From positions 1 to 64,000 of the forward strand of contig CAWJQI010000005.1 of the NCBI GenBank assembly GCA_963845085.1: 64,000 nt of DNA. The letters are read 5' to 3'. Position numbers and translations under genes: made by a program. Shown piece by piece: positions 47,760 to 56,596 of this stretch; positions within the stretch are counted from its first letter, which is position 1, and every line of letters begins with the position of its first letter. Origin of the DNA: Candidatus Fermentibacterota bacterium. Lineage in GTDB: Bacteria > Fermentibacterota > Fermentibacteria > Fermentibacterales > JCC-6. Below the pieces are notes generated by a model. That model had not been told where the DNA came from, did no database searches, and saw nothing but the letters and a program-made list of their open reading frames with translations.

Positions 47760-49990
47760 GGAATCTCCATTTCACCATCGGGAAGGCTCAATGCCGAATC
47801 GGCCTTTTGCAGAACCTCCCTTGCCTTGCTTCCGCAGTACGGACCAACGACACCGATCTGTTCAAGCATCTCCAGAAGCCTTGCAGCCCTCGTGTAGCCG
47901 ACCTTCAGCCTTCGCTGCAGGAGCGATGCGGAACCCCTCTGATAAATGACAACGACTTTCCGGGCTTCTTCGAGCAGCGGGTCGTCGAGGGTAAGATCCC
48001 CCGTAACGTCGCCGCCATCCTGCTCGTCGTCACTCGGCTCGTAATCGTACGGCATGTGGGGCTGGGCCTTCCAGAAGGCCACGAGTTCCTTGATCTCACG
48101 TGATGAGACGAAGGAGCCGTGGACCCGGACGGGATCGGGAGCGCCGGCAGGCATGAACAGCATGTCTCCCTGGCCAAGGAGTTTTTCCGCCCCGTTCATG
48201 TCGAGAATGGTTCTCGAATCCGTCTTTGATTTCACGTTGAAGGCGATTCTGGAAGGGAAGTTCGCCTTGATCATCCCGGTGATCACGTCAACGGAGGGAC
48301 GCTGTGTGGCCACGACGAGGTGGATGCCCACCGCTCTCGCCTTCTGGGCGAGCCTTGCAATGGGTTGCTCAATGTCGTTGCCAAGAACCATGCGGAGGTC
48401 GGCAAGCTCATCGATGACCGCCACGATCGATGGCATGGTGTCGGGCGTTTCCGGCGATTCCTCCCCGGGTTTTCCGATCCGGTCGGCAAGCGCTGCACTT
48501 CGGATGTTGCCGTTGTATTCGTCGATGGATCTCACTCCCTGCCTTGTGAGGAGCGCGTACCTGTCCTCCATCTCCCTGACGAGCCTGTCAAGCAAAGCCT
48601 TGGCCCGCTGCGGATTCAGCACCACGGGCGCCCAGAGATGCGGAACGCCCTCGTAGATGGACAACTCAAGCATTTTCGGGTCGACCAGCACCAGCCTGAC
48701 CTGGCTTGGTGTTCTCGTCATCAGAACCGACGTGAGGATGGAGTGGATGCAGATGCTCTTTCCGCTTCCAGTGGCGCCGGCGATGAGAAGGTGCGGCATG
48801 TTGGCGATGTCGACGACCAGCGGCTTTCCCTCGGCATTCTTGCCAAGGGCCACGGGGATCCTCTCGTTCTCGACCGACACGAGCACTTCCCTGAGGTAGA
48901 CCATCTCCGGGTTCTTGTTCGGAACCTCGATGCCCACAGTGCCCTTCCCGGGGATCGGCGCAAGAATCCTGATGCGTTTTGCAGCCAGGGCAAGCGCAAG
49001 GTCATCCGCCATGTTCACGATCCGGTTCACCTTGACACCGAGCCCCGGGGAGAGTTCGTACCTTGTCAGCACGGGGCCTGCGCAGACCGTATTCTCAAGG
49101 CGGCATTCTATTCCGAAATCACCGAGTTTCTCAACGAGGATGTTGCCCCTCTCCTGAATCTCGCGGCTGGACTGCCTCACACGCTCTCCCGGAGCCGGCA
49201 TCTTCAGGCACTCGATGTCGGGAAGGGTGTAGACCGCCTCATCCTTCTCCGAAGCATCCGTCGGGGCGGCTGCCCGGCCCGGCGGGACACGCCTTGCAGG
49301 AACCGGTTCCGCATGTTCAACGACGGTCTCGACGGGGGCAGGCGTATCGTGGTAAAGCACCTTCACCTCGGGGGATATGACAACGGGAGGGGTTTCCTGG
49401 CGGATCCAGGGGCTGCCGCCTGTTTCCGGCAGCGGTTCGGCGGTTCTTACGGCAACCGCCCTCGGGGGCTTCTCCGCGGGCTTGAGCCTGCGAAACAGGG
49501 CTTCGATGTCCGACCCTATCTCCCAGCGTGCGAGAATGGCAATCGAAGCCGTGAAAAGCATGAAAAGAGCGAGCCAGGAGAGCACACCGCCGATCAGTCC
49601 CTCCAGGATCACTACGAGCCTGAAGACAAGGGTTCCGCCGGGGAAAAGCGCACCCGAGGGTGAGAACCTCGCCAGTATGCAGGTGACCGAGGACGCGAGG
49701 AAGAAGGCGGTGAGAAACACTCCGAACGTTGTGCGCAGCCATCCCGGAACGAAGCGGAAACGCATGGCGAGCGAACCGAGAAGGAACAGGACCACGGGCG
49801 CGAAAAATGCGAGAAGCCCCACCCGATGCCGGACGGCCTCACCCACGGTCACGAGAAGGCCGGCCCTTTCGGGCGGGAATGAGATCGCAACCAGCACTGC
49901 CAGAGAGGCGAAGACCGAAAGGAAAAAGACAATCACGCGGACCGGATGAGTTTGTCTCGGGGCGTTCCTTTTCACCGGCCTGCCCGTCAT
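47756..49990 (-). CDS. ftsK: DNA translocase FtsK
   Basis: N-terminal TMs; MPHLLIAGATGSGKS, DPKMLEL, IDELADL, ATQRPSVDVITG; gamma domain LQRRLKVGYTRAARL. ATG at 49990. Confidence 0.97.
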   Translation of the reverse strand: MTGRPVKRNAPRQTHPVRVIVFFLSVFASLAVLVAISFPPERAGLLVTVGEAVRHRVGLLAFFAPVVLFLLGSLAMRFRFVPGWLRTTFGVFLTAFFLASSVTCILARFSPSGALFPGGTLVFRLVVILEGLIGGVLSWLALFMLFTASIAILARWEIGSDIEALFRRLKPAEKPPRAVAVRTAEPLPETGGSPWIRQETPPVVISPEVKVLYHDTPAPVETVVEHAEPVPARRVPPGRAAAPTDASEKDEAVYTLPDIECLKMPAPGERVRQSSREIQERGNILVEKLGDFGIECRLENTVCAGPVLTRYELSPGLGVKVNRIVNMADDLALALAAKRIRILAPIPGKGTVGIEVPNKNPEMVYLREVLVSVENERIPVALGKNAEGKPLVVDIANMPHLLIAGATGSGKSICIHSILTSVLMTRTPSQVRLVLVDPKMLELSIYEGVPHLWAPVVLNPQRAKALLDRLVREMEDRYALLTRQGVRSIDEYNGNIRSAALADRIGKPGEESPETPDTMPSIVAVIDELADLRMVLGNDIEQPIARLAQKARAVGIHLVVATQRPSVDVITGMIKANFPSRIAFNVKSKTDSRTILDMNGAEKLLGQGDMLFMPAGAPDPVRVHGSFVSSREIKELVAFWKAQPHMPYDYEPSDDEQDGGDVTGDLTLDDPLLEEARKVVVIYQRGSASLLQRRLKVGYTRAARLLEMLEQIGVVGPYCGSKAREVLQKADSALSLPDGEMEIP

Positions 49991-50517
49991 ATCCTGCGCT
50001 CCGACCTGCCGTCCGCGCCGGCGGGGTTGCGGGAGTCGGGTTTCAGAACGCCGTCGACACTGAAGCAGTACCTGATGGACTGCCCGGAATGAAGCGATAT
50101 CTCGGCGACCCAGCTTCCGTCTGGAAGCTTCTGCATCGGACTGGCCGAGGCGTCCCACCCGTTCCAGTCCCCCACAACCGAAACCTCACGGGCGTCGGAA
50201 CAGCCGAGGCAGAGGAACTCGACCCGGGTTCGCTCCGACAACCCGAGATGGATTGCGTCCTTCAGGTCATCGTAGGGGCGGAACACGGGTTTGACTCTCG
50301 GCGGTATCTCCATGACGCCTCCCCGACCGGGATTCCTGGCCCTTCGCATCTTGCCTTTTTTGGTGAAGAAGCAGCCGAAACCCCTCAGAAACACGCTCTC
50401 CCCGGCGCTCAGCCTTTCGGTGATTATCGAGAGCAGGACCACGGTCAGGGACTGCACCTCCCGGACCGTAAGCCCGGTTCTCCTCGCAGCCTCCCTGGCA
50501 AGCTCCTCGCGTGTCAT
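49987..50517 (-). CDS. HU/IHF DNA-binding protein fused to a CBM48/early-set glycogen-binding-like domain
   Basis: aa 1-89: GESVFLRGFGCF, RARNPGRG, EIPPRVKPVFRP. aa ~96-176: AREVSVVGDWNGW, PMQK..DGSW, YCFSVDG...D. Confidence 0.85.
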   Translation of the reverse strand: MTREELAREAARRTGLTVREVQSLTVVLLSIITERLSAGESVFLRGFGCFFTKKGKMRRARNPGRGGVMEIPPRVKPVFRPYDDLKDAIHLGLSERTRVEFLCLGCSDAREVSVVGDWNGWDASASPMQKLPDGSWVAEISLHSGQSIRYCFSVDGVLKPDSRNPAGADGRSERRI

Positions 50518-50629
50518 GGCGCCCCCCCGGTACGGATTGTTATCTTCTCATGGCATGACGGTTTGAATATACTAATTCTTCGCGGGACAGCTGGGAACCG
50601 ATGGCTCAGTGAACTGAAAGGTTTGACCA

Positions 50630-51151
50630 ATGCTCTTCTTCATCGCAGGGCCGCCCTTTTCGGGAAAAACAACCGTGGGACGGCTTCTTGCCGGCATTAT
50701 GGCATGCCCGTTCACCGACCTCGACCGCTTCATTGAAGAGCGCGCCGGCATGAGCATTGCGGATATTTTCAATAGCATCGGCGAGAAGGGGTTCAGACTG
50801 CTGGAATCAGCCTCGCTCGCTGAGCTTGCCACAGGGACGCACGAGCACATGGTCGTGGCCCTGGGCGGCGGAACACTGCTGATCCCTGAAAACCTTGCCG
50901 TGGTGCGGGCGCGGGGCGCCCTGTTCACCCTGTCAGCCGAACCTGCGGTGCTTGCGGGAAGATTCTCACAGGGCCGCCCTCTCGCGCGTGACCGGGAGGG
51001 TCTTGAACGGCTTCTCAGGGAAAGGGCTGAGCACTACGACAGCCTGCCGGGAAGGATAGACACCCGGGGCAAAACCCCCGGGCAGGTCGCCGGGCTCATC
51101 GCGGAGCAGATCGCATCCCTTCCGAGGCTTCAACAAGCCCCGCCCGCCTGA
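50630..51151 (+). CDS. aroK: Shikimate kinase
   Basis: GPPFSGKTTVG, DLDRFIE, GEKGFRLLE, ALGGG, RPL. Confidence 0.93.
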   Translation: MLFFIAGPPFSGKTTVGRLLAGIMACPFTDLDRFIEERAGMSIADIFNSIGEKGFRLLESASLAELATGTHEHMVVALGGGTLLIPENLAVVRARGALFTLSAEPAVLAGRFSQGRPLARDREGLERLLRERAEHYDSLPGRIDTRGKTPGQVAGLIAEQIASLPRLQQAPPA

Positions 51152-52106
51152 TCGTTTCCCTCGCGTGGGCGAGCCCCACGAAAAACCTGTTCGTGTACAG
51201 CGTGTAATCATCCCTGAGCCTTGGAGGGGTCATGTTGACAGTGATCACGTTAGCCCCCGCCATGAAGCATCGGTACTGCCCGTCGGGCAGAAGCTTCTGA
51301 AACGTGCTGGTTGCAGGGATCAGCGTGCGCCCGAGGTACAGCCGCATTGCGGCAATAAGTCTCAGCCCCAGTTCCGGGTCTCCGTGGGGATGGTCGGCAA
51401 GGGGCGTGGAAGCCGCGGGCATGAACACCGAAACACTCGACATGTCCACATCGAGTTCCTTCAAAAGCAAAAGATCGCCAACCAGGCTGTCGACGGACTG
51501 GCCGGGCAGGCCCAGCAGCGTTCCGGACCCCACGCTGTAGCCGTGATCGTGCAGTGTTTTTAGCATCGCGATCCTGTCGCTCAAAGTGAAGCCGGGCTTC
51601 ATCCGTGAGAACAGCTCGGGATCGGATGTTTCGTGTTTCAGAATGAACTTGCCCGCGCCCGCGGCACGCCATGCATCGAGGTCACGAACGTCATGAAAGC
51701 CCACGCAGAGCAGGACCTCCATTCCCATTGCGGCGATCTGACGGATCACATCGGTAAGCCATCCCGATTCGTAGACCTCGCTCTCCGCGGCCTGAAGAAA
51801 GAATGTCCTGATGCCGTTCTGCAGGGCCGTCCGAGCGGTTTCGACGATCTCTCCCGCTTCAAGCCCGTATCCCGCGGCTCCCTGGTTGCCCAGCCGCATG
51901 CCGCAATACAGGCAGCTGCACCTGCACCTGTTGGCGAACTCAATCACAGCCCTGATGTACGCCTTGTTGCCGAAGTGCCGCTCCCTGACCTGAACCGCCT
52001 TCCTGCAGATCAACTCGAAGTCCTTTTCGTCGGACTCCAGAAGGGCCCTCAGATCACCGGGAGAAAACCCCTTCTCAAGTCTCTCGTCAATCCAGCCGGC
52101 GTCCAC
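51096..52106 (-). CDS. HydE-like radical SAM enzyme (BioB/HydE/PylB group)
   Basis: RAVIEFANRCRCSCLYCGMR, LKHETSD, GSGTLLGLPGQ, TPL, IPAT, GANVITVNMTP...YTLY. Confidence 0.8.
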   Translation of the reverse strand: MDAGWIDERLEKGFSPGDLRALLESDEKDFELICRKAVQVRERHFGNKAYIRAVIEFANRCRCSCLYCGMRLGNQGAAGYGLEAGEIVETARTALQNGIRTFFLQAAESEVYESGWLTDVIRQIAAMGMEVLLCVGFHDVRDLDAWRAAGAGKFILKHETSDPELFSRMKPGFTLSDRIAMLKTLHDHGYSVGSGTLLGLPGQSVDSLVGDLLLLKELDVDMSSVSVFMPAASTPLADHPHGDPELGLRLIAAMRLYLGRTLIPATSTFQKLLPDGQYRCFMAGANVITVNMTPPRLRDDYTLYTNRFFVGLAHARETIRRAGLVEASEGMRSAPR

Positions 52107-52857
52107 CCATCAACCTCCTGACATGCACCAGAGCCTTTCCGAAGACATCGCTCCCAATTTCAACACCCGTCCAGAACCTGAACGACAGGGCCGCCTGCCT
52201 CACGAGCATGCCTTCGCCCGTCACAACGCCGACCCCGTGACCGCCCAGAACGTTTCTGAACCTCCAGCCGGGGTTGTAGTTGAGGTCCATGAAGGTCCAT
52301 CCGGCGGGCGGGGTGACCGGGAAAGGGTCGTCCTCGCACCAGCCGAGGGGTGTGCAGTTCACCACGGTGCCCCTCCCCTCCCCGAGGTGCCTGACGGCGT
52401 CGGAAAGCGGCAGATGCCCGGGTTCCGAGGGGTTCCGCGAGAAGACGAGGTGCCTTCTCCCCTCGAGTGCGGCAGAAACAGCCCTTGAAGCGCCACCGCT
52501 GCCCACGACGAGAAAAGGCTCGCACAGCCCACATGCCTCTGTGAGAAAGGCTTCAATGTCGGTATTGCATCCCGACAGCATACCGTTCCGCACGGCCAGG
52601 GTGTTCACCGCCCCGGTCTGCGAAGCTCCGTGAGACACCGTATCGCAAAGCCCGAAAACCCGTCTCTTGTAAGGCATGGTCACGTTCAGCCCCTGTAATT
52701 CCCCGCACCGAAGACGTCCGAGCACATTGCCGAGGCTTTCGGGCGGTGTGGGGATGAGAACGAACGTGCCCTCAATGCCGGACTCCTTGAGAAAGACACC
52801 ATGGATGGCCGGAGAGAGGGAATGACCCACTGGAAAGCCGACAAGGCCGAGGTTCAC
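52087..52857 (-). CDS. aroE: Shikimate dehydrogenase
   Basis: GFPVGHSLSP, GLNVTMPYK, GAVNT, NTD, GSGGAS, NCTPLG, DLNYNP, GMLVRQA. Confidence 0.93.
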   Translation of the reverse strand: MNLGLVGFPVGHSLSPAIHGVFLKESGIEGTFVLIPTPPESLGNVLGRLRCGELQGLNVTMPYKRRVFGLCDTVSHGASQTGAVNTLAVRNGMLSGCNTDIEAFLTEACGLCEPFLVVGSGGASRAVSAALEGRRHLVFSRNPSEPGHLPLSDAVRHLGEGRGTVVNCTPLGWCEDDPFPVTPPAGWTFMDLNYNPGWRFRNVLGGHGVGVVTGEGMLVRQAALSFRFWTGVEIGSDVFGKALVHVRRLMGGRRLD

Positions 52858-54077
52858 CTGTGCCTTCTCCTTCGCACACCCGCGAAAACCCTGAATACGA
52901 ACGCCGAAAGGCCTTTCGGGGCATTGAAGACGGGGGGCAGAAGGTCTGTACCCGGGGGAAGCTCCTCAGCCATCGGACTCCCCGGGTAAACCCTTATCGT
53001 TCCGATGTTCACAAAGGTGCTCCGAAATCCCAGGAAAAGCCTCGCCCTGAACATGAAAAGCATTTTGAGAACCAGAGCGGGGAATCCCTCTCCCGGGTTT
53101 CCGTTGAAGAAGTTGACACCGACGGCGAGACCCTTTTTTCTTGCGCTCCTCACAACCGAATACAGGCTGCCCTCAGAGTGGGGCTTTCCGAGAAGGCGCA
53201 GCCCCCTGCGCGTTATGGCGTCGGGCGAGAAGTCCACCCAGCGGCAGCCGTTCTCGTAAAGCAGTTCAAGAAAGGCGGGGGAAACCCCCTCGGAGAGCCA
53301 TGCACCCCAGGAAAGCCGGGCACCGGATGCACCAACGGCCTTCACAAGGTTCCAGGCGTATTCAGCCGGGTGGTCGAACACCGAGTCGACGAACATGAAT
53401 GATCCGGCTCCGAGTTTTCCAAGTTGAACGATGTCGGCGACGACGGCGGGGATCGGGCGGTTCCTGAACACCCGGCCGCCTATCCGGCCGTAGGTGCAGT
53501 AACGGCAGCCGAACGGGCAGCCCCGTCTGCTCTGGACACCTATCGCCCCCCTGTCCGGGTAATCGGCCACAGGGAAGAGAGTGTAGTCGGGGTTCAGAAG
53601 GCATTCGACATCGGGCATGGCCGGCGTGACAAGCCTGTCGGAAGGCGCGCGTCCCTCGGTGATGGCCTTCAGGAGGGCCGGAAGGGCTTCCTCACCCTCT
53701 CCGGAAATCCCGTATCCGATCTCCGGCCACATTGAAAGAATCCGCTCGGCATAGATCGAAAAACCCGGTCCCCCCACGATCACAACGCCAGGGAAGCCCT
53801 TCAGTTCAGAAATCACCTCGCTGAAAGCGTCAAGATATGACCAGGTGACCGGCCAGCTGCTGTCGTCTATGTTCCGAAGCGAAACGGCTGCCACATCGGG
53901 CAGACAGGCCGAAAGCGCCGCCCGCAGATCAGCCCGGCAGTCTTCGGAGCGGCTCAGGTCCACCCCGTGAACCTCGTGTCCCGAGGCACGGAGATGTGAT
54001 GAAAGAAAAGCCAGGCCGATCGGATATATTGGAGTCTCCCGTCTTCCTGTGGGAGACTGGATCAGAAGCACCTTCAT
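52854..54077 (-). CDS. Cobalamin-binding radical SAM protein
   Basis: N-terminal YPIGLAFL...SLRNID...VGGPGFS; RRGCPFGCRYCTY; FVDSVF. Confidence 0.85.
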   Translation of the reverse strand: MKVLLIQSPTGRRETPIYPIGLAFLSSHLRASGHEVHGVDLSRSEDCRADLRAALSACLPDVAAVSLRNIDDSSWPVTWSYLDAFSEVISELKGFPGVVIVGGPGFSIYAERILSMWPEIGYGISGEGEEALPALLKAITEGRAPSDRLVTPAMPDVECLLNPDYTLFPVADYPDRGAIGVQSRRGCPFGCRYCTYGRIGGRVFRNRPIPAVVADIVQLGKLGAGSFMFVDSVFDHPAEYAWNLVKAVGASGARLSWGAWLSEGVSPAFLELLYENGCRWVDFSPDAITRRGLRLLGKPHSEGSLYSVVRSARKKGLAVGVNFFNGNPGEGFPALVLKMLFMFRARLFLGFRSTFVNIGTIRVYPGSPMAEELPPGTDLLPPVFNAPKGLSAFVFRVFAGVRRRRHR

Positions 54078-54125
54078 CGAACCATCCTTCCAGGGGGATT
54101 TGACCGGACCGGAATAAAAACTATA

Positions 54126-55055
54126 ATGAAAAGCATGATAAGCGGCCTGTTTTCAATGCTGGCTACTGCAACCGCCCTGTCCGGAGGCAGGTACGCCTCG
54201 CTCGACAGCCTGGCCGCGGCAATCCTTGATCTTGACAGCCTTCCAACGGGTGCTGCTCTGCTTGGGCTGGCCGCCAGGCACGAATGGGTATGGCCGCTCG
54301 GAGAAGTGCTTTTAAGCGGTGGACAACCCGATTCCCCGCCCGATTCACTCGCATGGGGCATCGCTGTTTCAGACCGCGCCGCATGCGTTGTAACGGCCCC
54401 GCCGCCGGCATTCACCCTTAACCCTCCCCTGCCGGTCGCGGCGCATCCCGGTGACATCCTGTGCATCAGCCCCGTCGGCAACCCCCCGCCCCTGAGGGGG
54501 GCAGCCCTTTCACCCTCACTTTCCGTCCTACCGGTGACAGACGGCACCATCGTGCTCGACGAGGAGGGGACATGGTGGATAGAACTCATGACCGACTCCG
54601 AGTTCGGCCCCACTGTACTGATGCTGTCACCGGTCGATGTTGGATCGTCCGGGGCGTGGCCTGGAAACGGATGGAACCGGGATGGGATCCTGCGGGGAAT
54701 CAACGGCCTGAGGAGAAAGCTCGGAGCAGAACCCCTTGCGGAAAGCCCGTTCCTGAACGCCCTTGCTTACATCCGGGCGCGCCAGGCGAGAAGCTGGGGC
54801 GGCGTGCTGCACAGCTTTCCCGGCAGTGCGGGCACCAGCGAAATGATGCCCCCGGCGTACGGAGGCTGGGCGGAGAACATCGCCAGCGGATCGGATGTGT
54901 CCGAGGCGGTGCAGATGATCCTCGTCAGCCCCTTCCACCTGGCCTCCATCGTTGACGAAAGGTATGGTTTCATGGGGTTTGGAACGGTGTCGGGGCAGGA
55001 TGGAACTCTGCTCGTTCTCATCCTTTCCGAGGCTTCCGGAGACGGGGAAAGATGA
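54126..55055 (+). CDS. Exported CAP/SCP-domain protein
   Basis: INGLRRKLGAEPL, LHS, AENIA, SPFHLASI, MGFG. Confidence 0.75.
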   Translation: MKSMISGLFSMLATATALSGGRYASLDSLAAAILDLDSLPTGAALLGLAARHEWVWPLGEVLLSGGQPDSPPDSLAWGIAVSDRAACVVTAPPPAFTLNPPLPVAAHPGDILCISPVGNPPPLRGAALSPSLSVLPVTDGTIVLDEEGTWWIELMTDSEFGPTVLMLSPVDVGSSGAWPGNGWNRDGILRGINGLRRKLGAEPLAESPFLNALAYIRARQARSWGGVLHSFPGSAGTSEMMPPAYGGWAENIASGSDVSEAVQMILVSPFHLASIVDERYGFMGFGTVSGQDGTLLVLILSEASGDGER

Positions 55056-56596
55056 AGAGACGCGCTCCATGGATCATAGCGGCATCGGTCACGATCGGGC
55101 TTATGGCCATAGCGGGGGCCGTTCTCCACGCGTCGTCACCCAGGATTACACTGATGCTCGCCGTGACGGCCTTTGTGAGTTCCGGTCTTCGCATCACATA
55201 CAGGGGGAGGGAGTATGAAACACTCCACACGATGCTTCTCTTCCTTTGCTTTTTCTACGGCGGCATCGTATCGGGCCTCCTTGCCGTACTGATCCTGGCT
55301 TCCGGGTCGGCTGCCGGCATCGGCAGCGGGGGGAGGATCGGTGTCTTTCACCTCGGGACCGCCCTGCAGGCCCTGCTTATCGTCCCATTCGCACTTTTGT
55401 CACCCCGCGGCGCTCTCCCCTACCCGGCTCCGGTCTACCTGGCGCTTGTTCCCCTCCTCTACCTGGCCAGACGGATCACAGTCGTTGAACCCCCTGCCGG
55501 AAGGTGGCGAAGCCTGGCGTTTCTCGGCTTCCTCACCAACGTCCCCGCCGTGCTCCTGGCGGTGCATGTAACCGAAACATTCGGCCCGGTGGCCACGGTG
55601 CTCTTCTGTCTGCTGTGCGTGCTCTACCTCTTCCTTGTACGCAGGGAAACGCTCGAGATCGGCAGACGGACTGCACGGCTGGTGCACCTCACCGAGCACA
55701 ACGCCATATCCCGTTCACTTCTGTCGGCGGTGTCCCTCACCGAATTCGTCGCAGGGATCGAGGTAAGGACCGGGCCGGGGCTGCACTTCTACGAAAAGGC
55801 GCCAGACGGCTGGCTCGAGTGGACCTCGTCGGGGTGCGTCAAGACGGCGGGGATCCCATCATGTCCGGTCGACGGCCGTGAATACCGCACGCCGGGCATT
55901 CCGGGCGTGGTGGTCATGGCGACAGATGACGCGGCACGCTCGGCCGCCGCCCTCGATGCTGATGAAGCGGCGGATTTCTACGAACAGCTGGCAAGGAACT
56001 GGCAGGTGGTGTCGGCAAGGATCCACCAGGAGGAGGCCCTGTTCAGCGTGGCGCTCCTTCTTGCCCGCATAGCCGACCTGAAGGACAGGTACACGAAGAT
56101 GCACTCGCTCAGGGTGGCCGAGCTCTCAACCGCCATTGGCCGGGAGATCGGTCTTTCCGAGGGCGAGCTTTCCATGCTCAGAACCGGGGCCCTGCTTCAT
56201 GACATAGGCAAAGTCAGCCTGCCCTCTGAGATCCTCGGCAAGAAGGGCATACTGACCTACCGGGAAAGAAACATCATAAAGAGCCATCCGGGCGAGGGGG
56301 CGGCACTGGTCTCGGGGCTTAGCCGGTTCAGAAAGGCTGCGGAGACAGTTCTTCACCATCATGAAAGGCTCGATGGAAGCGGCTATCCAAACGGCCTGAG
56401 GGGAAGCGCGATCCCGCTGCACAGCCGCATCGTCGCGGTTGCAGATACCTTCGATGCCATCACGGCGGACAGACCCTACCATCCCGAAGGTCAGTCGGAA
56501 AACGCCCTCAGGGAAATTCAGGCCGGCAGGGGCACGCTGTACGACGCAAGGGTCGTCGATGCACTGAGCAGGCTGGTGGAAGGGGGAACATGGTGA
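55052..56596 (+). CDS. Membrane-bound HD-GYP phosphodiesterase
   Basis: Multiple TMs; KDRYTKMHSLRV, LHDIGK, HHERLDGSGYP, DRPY. Confidence 0.9.
   Translation: MKRRAPWIIAASVTIGLMAIAGAVLHASSPRITLMLAVTAFVSSGLRITYRGREYETLHTMLLFLCFFYGGIVSGLLAVLILASGSAAGIGSGGRIGVFHLGTALQALLIVPFALLSPRGALPYPAPVYLALVPLLYLARRITVVEPPAGRWRSLAFLGFLTNVPAVLLAVHVTETFGPVATVLFCLLCVLYLFLVRRETLEIGRRTARLVHLTEHNAISRSLLSAVSLTEFVAGIEVRTGPGLHFYEKAPDGWLEWTSSGCVKTAGIPSCPVDGREYRTPGIPGVVVMATDDAARSAAALDADEAADFYEQLARNWQVVSARIHQEEALFSVALLLARIADLKDRYTKMHSLRVAELSTAIGREIGLSEGELSMLRTGALLHDIGKVSLPSEILGKKGILTYRERNIIKSHPGEGAALVSGLSRFRKAAETVLHHHERLDGSGYPNGLRGSAIPLHSRIVAVADTFDAITADRPYHPEGQSENALREIQAGRGTLYDARVVDALSRLVEGGTW

Noticed and set aside
38726..50736. 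Long antisense ORFs (e.g. 38726-39793, 48320-49663, 49729-50736)
   Set aside because: Typical shadows of GC-rich coding strands, with no recognisable motifs.
51096..51151. Convergent 3' overlaps (aroK/HydE-like 56 bp; HD-GYP/DUF116 44 bp) as antisense regulation
   Set aside because: Short tail-to-tail overlaps are common in compact GC-rich genomes, and there is no further evidence.
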